A stretch of DNA of 20,000 nucleotides from an uncultured virus (IMG/VR IMGVR_UViG_3300024268_004105). Taxonomy: Duplodnaviria > Heunggongvirae > Uroviricota > Caudoviricetes. The notes under the pieces were generated by a model. The model did not search any database and was not told the DNA's origin. It saw only the letters and a list, made by a program, of their open reading frames with translations. The DNA lies in the IMG/VR virus record IMGVR_UViG_3300024268_004105, one strand, 5' to 3'. Below are positions 15,291 to 20,000 of this stretch, piece after piece; the first letter of the stretch is position 1; every line of letters begins with the position of its first letter. The translations under genes and the position numbers were made by a program.

Positions 15291-16067
15291 TTACTGTTCC
15301 CCTTTCGCTTTATTAATTATTTCTTGAACCAGCTGACTATAATCAGCTGCAGTTGTAGATTTAGGATCATATTCAAAACAAGACATACAATTAGATTGTG
15401 CCTTTCTACATGATTCTGATTCTCTTATCTTTGAATCAAATAATTGTGTATTAAAATCATTAAGTACGTTTGGTAATTTTTCAGAGAATTCTCTGCAAAG
15501 AATCGTATTATTACGAAATTTAATGAATAAAACTCCAAGTACCTTAAGCTTAGGATTGGTATATTGTTGAGTTGAATGAATTGTATTATATAATTCATTT
15601 ATCCCCATCATTCCATATCTATCACAAGTTACTGGAATAATAACGAAATCAGCGTATGTTAGAATATTTCCCAACATGCAGCCAAGATTGGGTGGTGTAT
15701 CAATAATAATATAGTCATAATGCTCTCTTAATTTTTCAGCATTATTTTTAAGTAAAAATAGGCGTCCTGCATCATTTGGAAAGCGATGTTCTGAATCATT
15801 CAACAAAGGATCTGACGCAATCATATCTGTTATAGACGTTTTTTGAATACATTCTAATGCATCTTCTTTTCCAAAAAGCAAATCATATAGTGTTGGCTGA
15901 TTTTCTATTATTGCTTGGCATGTATCTGTAGAGTTACATTGCCCATCCGAATCAATTAATAATGTTTTATATCCTTGTCTTGTAAGTTCTGCAGAAAGAT
16001 TAACGGATGTTGTTGTTTTTCCTACTCCACCTTTCTGATTAGCTATCGCTATTACTTTTGCTTTCAT
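15291..16067 (-). CDS. parA: ParA/Soj family ATPase
   Basis: Deviant Walker A NQKGGVGKTT, IDSDGQCN, and Walker B IIIDTPP. Confidence 0.93.
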   Translation of the reverse strand: MKAKVIAIANQKGGVGKTTTSVNLSAELTRQGYKTLLIDSDGQCNSTDTCQAIIENQPTLYDLLFGKEDALECIQKTSITDMIASDPLLNDSEHRFPNDAGRLFLLKNNAEKLREHYDYIIIDTPPNLGCMLGNILTYADFVIIPVTCDRYGMMGINELYNTIHSTQQYTNPKLKVLGVLFIKFRNNTILCREFSEKLPNVLNDFNTQLFDSKIRESESCRKAQSNCMSCFEYDPKSTTAADYSQLVQEIINKAKGEQ

Positions 16068-16122
16068 ATTAGTATTCCCCTTTCACTTTGTTATTGCACC
16101 AATATTTTCTCTTGCACTTTTA

Positions 16123-16374
16123 TTACATATCAAATAATTCTTTTACATCTATATTTAGTAATGAGGCAATTGCATATAATTCATTAAGTCTTATATGACC
16201 TTTTCGTATACGTTGGGACCACGCACCATCAGATATATCTAACGCTTGTGCAACTTGATGTTGTGTTATATGCTCGTCTTTCAAAGTTTTTTCAATTTGA
16301 GCAATAAAATTATTCATTTTTCGTTCATTTAAGGCTTTTATTTTCTCCTCATTTGTTAAATATACTTTTGGCAT
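16123..16374 (-). CDS. Small HTH DNA-binding protein
   Basis: ITQHQVAQALDISDGAWSQRIRKG. Confidence 0.75.
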   Translation of the reverse strand: MPKVYLTNEEKIKALNERKMNNFIAQIEKTLKDEHITQHQVAQALDISDGAWSQRIRKGHIRLNELYAIASLLNIDVKELFDM

Positions 16375-16416
16375 ATTAGTCCTTTCATTCGTTCATTTAC
16401 TACATTTAGATTTTCA

Positions 16417-16638
16417 TTACATAAAAAATTCCCCAATTGATTCTTTTGGAATCTTCAAAAATTCGAAAATCTTTACAAGTTCGTCATATGTAAAAACAAG
16501 CTTTTTTATTTTTCTGGAAACAGTCGGTTGTGAAATATTTAATAATTTTGCTATTTCGCACTGCTTTTGCTTCTTTAAACAAACAAATAAATGTTCGTAT
16601 GCACGTTCTTTTGCTGTTAAAGTTTTAACATATGGCAT
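16417..16638 (-). CDS. Small HTH DNA-binding protein
   Basis: KQCEIAKLLNISQPTVSRKIK. GAGGTGG RBS precedes ATG 16638. Confidence 0.75.
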   Translation of the reverse strand: MPYVKTLTAKERAYEHLFVCLKKQKQCEIAKLLNISQPTVSRKIKKLVFTYDELVKIFEFLKIPKESIGEFFM

Positions 16639-16676
16639 AAATTCCACCTCTTTTCTTATTGATTAGCAATATGTTT

Positions 16677-16730
16677 ATATTTATACTTGTAAAGTATAAA
16701 TATTCTTGCTATGCGTAGTATAGCAAGAAT
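16677..16730. promoter_or_regulatory. Two tandem inverted repeats downstream of the cro-like gene (attenuator/terminator or binding sites)
   Basis: ATATTTATACTT-GTA-AAGTATAAATAT (16677-16703) and ATTCTTGCTATGC-GTA-GTATAGCAAGAAT (16702-16730). Confidence 0.5.
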
Positions 16731-16749
16731 TGTAGACTAATTGTCTACA
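16731..16749. promoter_or_regulatory. Distal repressor operator
   Basis: TGTAGACTAATTGTCTACA, overlapping the cro-like stop codon. Confidence 0.75.
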
Positions 16750-16955
16750 TCTTTCGCAAAAAAAATTTCATTTGCTTCTTCTGGTTCAATATTAAGAATC
16801 TCAATTAGTGCGGATGCCTCAGATACTAAAAAATCGTTTTTATTATAAATTTTTTGTCTTAGAGTTTGGATAGAAATTTTTAGTTGTTCTGCAATATACT
16901 TCTTTTTTAATCCACTTTGAATAATCTTATCTTCAAGTTTACTAGAATTTATCAT
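16737..16955 (-). CDS. Cro-like HTH protein
   Basis: MINSSKLEDKIIQSGLKKKYIAEQLKISIQTLRQKI...F..SE...IFF, divergent from the repressor. AAGGAG RBS precedes ATG 16955. Confidence 0.8.
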   Translation of the reverse strand: MINSSKLEDKIIQSGLKKKYIAEQLKISIQTLRQKIYNKNDFLVSEASALIEILNIEPEEANEIFFAKDVDN

Positions 16956-16973
16956 TTTACACTCCTTCCATTT

Positions 16974-17073
16974 TGTAGACATATTGTCTACATCAATAAT
17001 ATTTCATTGTAGACATATTGTCAACATATTTCTTCAAATTATTGTAGAATTTTTTTCTACAAGGTATTATAAT
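16974..17073. promoter_or_regulatory. Divergent switch region with three operators and two promoters
   Basis: Operators at 16974-16992, 17008-17026 and 17043-17061. The leftward promoter is TTGACA (17024-17019), 17 bp, TATTAT (17001-16996). The rightward -10 TATAAT is at 17068-17073. Confidence 0.82.
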
Positions 17074-17102
17074 AAATGAAAGTAATAAAAAAGGAGAGCT
17101 TT

Positions 17103-17468
17103 ATGACCATCGGCGAACGAATTAAGCGAAAAAGAATTGAATTAAATCTAACGCAAGATGAACTAGCACAAAGAGTAGGTTATAAATCACGTTCATCAAT
17201 AAATAAAATTGAATCAGCACGTGATTTACCACTAGCAAAAGTTAATTTAATGGCAAATGCTCTTAATACTACTCCTGCATATTTACTTGGTTGGGAAAGT
17301 TTAAATAATTCAAATACGAATATAACTGATAAAACGTTTGTAATTGCTAATAAAATAGCTTCAAATAAAGAATTAGAACAATTGTTTAATATTTTATGTA
17401 CTGCTTCACAAGAAGAAATAAAAGCCACATACAATATGTTAATAGTTTTAAAAAAGAAAGATAAATAA
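17103..17468 (+). CDS. CI-like XRE-family repressor
   Basis: MTIGERIKRKRIELNLTQDELAQRVGYKSRSSINKIE...ANALNTTPAYLLGW. AAGGAG RBS precedes ATG 17103. Confidence 0.9.
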   Translation: MTIGERIKRKRIELNLTQDELAQRVGYKSRSSINKIESARDLPLAKVNLMANALNTTPAYLLGWESLNNSNTNITDKTFVIANKIASNKELEQLFNILCTASQEEIKATYNMLIVLKKKDK

Positions 17469-17478
17469 AGGAAATTCT

Positions 17479-18447
17479 ATGAAGATTGAAAAACGCTCCA
17501 AAAATTCATACAGAGTTAGAAAAATGATAGATAAAAAAATATATACGTTTAATTTTGATCATAAACCAACGCAAAAAGAAATAATGTATGCAATAGAAAA
17601 CAGAAAAGAAAATGTACATTACGGTTATACATTAATTAATTGTGCTAACAATTATATTAAAATCAAATCCAATGTACTATCTGCTTCTACCTTAAGAGGT
17701 TATAATGGGTTAATAAAGCAATTTTCCGATAATCTTGCAAATAAAGATATCGGCGATATAACACAAATAGATATTCAAGTAGAAATTAACGAATACTCAA
17801 AAACACATTCACCTAAGAGTACACGTAACTACCATTCTTTTATATCTACTGTTTTGGCTCTATATCGCCCTGATTTCGTGCTAAAAACTACTCTGCCTAA
17901 AATAATGCCTAAAGAGGATTATATCCCCACAGATGAGGATATACAGGCTATAAAAGAAGCTGCAGTTGGAACTGAATTTCAAATTCCTTTTCTTTTGGCA
18001 TGTCATGGATTACGTCGTTCTGAAATATGTGCTTTAACTTTAGATGACCTAGAAGGAAACACTCTTCATATTAACAAAGCAAAAGTACAAGATTCAAATA
18101 AACAATGGGTAATTAAATCTACAAAAACCGCATCTTCTACAAGAGAAATAGTATTAGATGATAGTATTATAGATTTAATCATGGAAAAAGGATATATTTT
18201 TAATGGATATCCAAATCAAATTTATAAATGGCTTGTTAAAACACAAAAAGAATTAAACATTGAACATTTTAGTTTGCATAAGCTTCGACATTATTGTGTT
18301 TCTAAATTATCTGCAGAAGGTGTTCCTGATGTAGACATTATGGCTGTAGTTGGATATAAAACAGATCATGTTATGAAACAAACTTATAGACATTCTATGG
18401 CTGATAAGACTAAAAAAAAGGAAATATTCAAGAAACTTGGTTTATAA
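17479..18447 (+). CDS. int: Tyrosine recombinase/integrase
   Basis: GLRRSEICAL (R), KT (K), HKLRH (HxxR) and catalytic Tyr in KQTYRH. It is adjacent to the tRNA. Confidence 0.93.
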   Translation: MKIEKRSKNSYRVRKMIDKKIYTFNFDHKPTQKEIMYAIENRKENVHYGYTLINCANNYIKIKSNVLSASTLRGYNGLIKQFSDNLANKDIGDITQIDIQVEINEYSKTHSPKSTRNYHSFISTVLALYRPDFVLKTTLPKIMPKEDYIPTDEDIQAIKEAAVGTEFQIPFLLACHGLRRSEICALTLDDLEGNTLHINKAKVQDSNKQWVIKSTKTASSTREIVLDDSIIDLIMEKGYIFNGYPNQIYKWLVKTQKELNIEHFSLHKLRHYCVSKLSAEGVPDVDIMAVVGYKTDHVMKQTYRHSMADKTKKKEIFKKLGL

Positions 18448-18464
18448 TAAATTCTTTTATATAC

Positions 18465-18500
18465 AAAAAGAACTGACTCAAAAGAATCAGTTCTTTTTTT
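18465..18500. terminator. Rho-independent terminator, probably bidirectional
   Basis: AAAAAGAACTGActc-aaaa-gaaTCAGTTCTTTTTTT downstream of the integrase. Confidence 0.8.
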
Positions 18501-18522
18501 ATTAAATAATTCCGGAAATAAA

Positions 18523-18571
18523 GGACAAATTTTGGACAAATTATTTATCAAATGGACGAATATGGACAAAT
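18523..18571. repeat. Putative integrase arm-type binding sites
   Basis: GGAC(A/G)AAT at 18523, 18534, 18554 and 18564, forming two tandem pairs between int and the tRNA. Confidence 0.65.
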
Positions 18572-18688
18572 TTTTTCTTTTAATTTTCTAAATATTTTTA
18601 GTTTTTCTTAATTATTTTTCACCTTATAAGCGTGTATTTTACGCGGTTTGTTTGTGATTGTCGCGTTAAATCGACAAATCTTCCAAAA

Positions 18689-18761
18689 AGCTAGCGACGG
18701 GAATCGAACCCGTGACCTCCTCACTACCAATGAGGTGCGCTACCGACTGTGCCACGCCAGC
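18689..18761 (-). tRNA. tRNA-Thr (GGT), integration site
   Basis: GCTGGCGTGGCACAGTCGGTAGCGCACCTCATTGGTAGTGAGGAGGTCACGGGTTCGATTCCCGTCGCTAGCT folds as a cloverleaf. The anticodon is at 18728-18726 and CCA is not encoded. Confidence 0.96.
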
Positions 18762-18776
18762 AAATATTACTGAGTA

Positions 18777-18805
18777 AGTATAACAAAGATTAAGGTAATA
18801 ATCAA
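18777..18805 (-). promoter_or_regulatory. Sigma-A-type promoter of the tRNA
   Basis: -35 TTGATT (18805-18800), 17-bp spacer ending in TGn, -10 TATACT (18782-18777). Confidence 0.65.
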
Positions 18806-18920
18806 ATAGCGTGTGATAAATGGATGTCTTTAGTCTCCATTTTTATTACAGATAGGTGATACTTGCATTTGCAATTCATCGTTATTATTCATTTTTATAT
18901 CCTCTTCAAACTTGAATTTA

Positions 18921-19229
18921 TCACTCTAAAGCCGTCAACCGTTCATTAAGGAATTGCTCTACACAATCTGCAAAGTCTAACTCCATTCTTTCGGCAAGAA
19001 CGGCCAACCACCAGACACATTCGCCAATCTTGGAAGGAAGCAGTTCTTTATCTTCACTTGGCCAGCGTCCCTGATTATCCATCGTAAATCTTCCGACCAA
19101 TCCAGCATCAGTCAGAAAAGCTAACGCATCTTCTTCCACCGACCAGACAGAGCCGTGAATCTGCCTTTCCAAATCACGATAGCGGCTTCTTATTTCTGCT
19201 GACTGTGTACTCACATCTTTTAAATCCAT
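18921..19229 (-). CDS. MazG-like nucleotide pyrophosphohydrolase family protein
   Basis: WSVEEDALAFLTDAGLVGR...KIGECVWWLAVLAERM, with GGAGG RBS. Confidence 0.7.
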   Translation of the reverse strand: MDLKDVSTQSAEIRSRYRDLERQIHGSVWSVEEDALAFLTDAGLVGRFTMDNQGRWPSEDKELLPSKIGECVWWLAVLAERMELDFADCVEQFLNERLTALE

Positions 19230-19293
19230 ATATCAACACCTCCATAAATCCCGATTTATCTATCTAACCAACTTATTGAACAACATCTCCATC

Positions 19294-19728
19294 TCACGTA
19301 TTGATTCCACCAAATTCATATACATTTGTATAGCCCAAATCAGCTAGTTTCTGCGCTGCTTGCTTACTTCTATTTCCCGTCCTACAGTATACTAGTATAA
19401 TCTGATCTAGGTCTTTTAATGGATCTGGTTGCGAAGTTCCAATACTTTCATTAGGTATTAAAATTGCGCCTGCGATGTGTCCGCTATCATATTCATCCTG
19501 ACGGCGTACATCTACAATAATGTGACCATCATCTCTTTTCATCATTTCTTTTGCTTCTTCTTGACTAATCTGTTTATAAGTTTTATTTTTTGCTGTCATA
19601 TCCTTTTTCTCTTCATTTACACTCGTTAAGGTACTGGTATTAGCAGCATTATCTGCTTCTTTACTACATGAGCAACCTGCTAAAACAAGCATTACCGCTA
19701 CAATTATCGTTATAAAGTATTTTTTCAT
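19294..19728 (-). CDS. Rhodanese-like domain lipoprotein
   Basis: Lipobox LAGC, IVDVRRQDEYDSGHIAGA, active site YCRTGNRS, and FGGI. Confidence 0.88.
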   Translation of the reverse strand: MKKYFITIIVAVMLVLAGCSCSKEADNAANTSTLTSVNEEKKDMTAKNKTYKQISQEEAKEMMKRDDGHIIVDVRRQDEYDSGHIAGAILIPNESIGTSQPDPLKDLDQIILVYCRTGNRSKQAAQKLADLGYTNVYEFGGINT

Positions 19729-19895
19729 AAGCCATTTCCTCTAAATATGTTAATCTCACTGCAATTCTTATTTTAACACAAATAGGCGCGTTTCTGTTCC
19801 AATCATTGCCAGAACATTTATATCGTGCTTTGCAGTCTCATAGTTTGTCTAACCCCCCGTATATGTAAACACTATAATAAAAAAGCAGACCCTAA

Positions 19896-20000
19896 GGTCA
19901 ATGTCATTAAGTTAAGATGACAAGACAAAGATCTCTATACCAGAAATGGTATAGGGGTCTTTTTTATAAAAAACACTTGACACGAACGGCAAAATGTGCG
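19896..20000 (+). mobile_element. Possible left end of an insertion sequence (IS1182-like by recollection)
   Basis: GGTCAATGTCATTAAG, then a long hairpin (19927-19962) and TTGACA (19977-19982). No transposase is inside the window. Confidence 0.3.

Larger units (their letters stand above)
1..18730. mobile_element. Integrative element (prophage/ICE/phage-plasmid-like) inserted at tRNA-Thr 3' end; continues beyond the left edge
   Basis: Integrase converges on the tRNA 3' end, arm-type repeats lie between them, and a CI/Cro switch, ParAB, replication initiator and primase follow. The exact att core length is unknown without the other end. Confidence 0.88.

Noticed and set aside
14383..16067. Host chromosomal soj/spo0J locus
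   Set aside because: The genes sit in the element's early operon without oriC-region neighbours, and I saw no canonical TGTTTCACGTGAAACA parS.
6286..18569. Other overlapping ORFs (6286, 9992, 10352, 10888, 11073, 12186, 12436, 13811, 14542, 15975, 17180, 18384)
   Set aside because: They overlap better-supported genes antisense or out of frame and show no recognisable motifs.
18921..19229. MazG-like gene as element-borne anti-defence cargo
   Set aside because: It lies upstream of the tRNA, outside the inferred att boundary.

Overview
AT-rich, Lachnospiraceae/Clostridia-like DNA (taxon inferred from gene content) carrying one end (~1-18.7 kb) of an integrative element inserted at the 3' end of a minus-strand tRNA-Thr(GGT) (18689-18761). 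From the att end inwards it holds a tyrosine integrase with arm-type repeats, a divergent CI/Cro-like switch with four copies of a TGTAGA-N7-TCTACA operator, two small HTH genes, ParA/ParB, an XRE regulator, a GNAT, and a long leftward run of small accessory genes. That run includes ASCH and pentapeptide genes, a C5-cytosine MTase, a poly-G-frameshifted N6-adenine MTase and two pairs of paralogues. It is followed by an HTH replication initiator with internal iterons, a DUF3991/Toprim-like primase and a HipA-like kinase that runs off the left edge and is absent from the ORF track. No virion or conjugation genes are visible, so prophage, ICE or phage-plasmid status cannot be settled here. Right of the tRNA are probable host genes (MazG-like, rhodanese lipoprotein) and possibly an IS end. 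The most notable points are a perfect palindrome (candidate parS) both in the hipA-like leader and inside the primase, a G9 ON/OFF tract in the adenine MTase, and direct-repeat scars and a GC-rich patch pointing to cassette-like gene turnover. All family calls come from motif recognition by eye, not from database searches.
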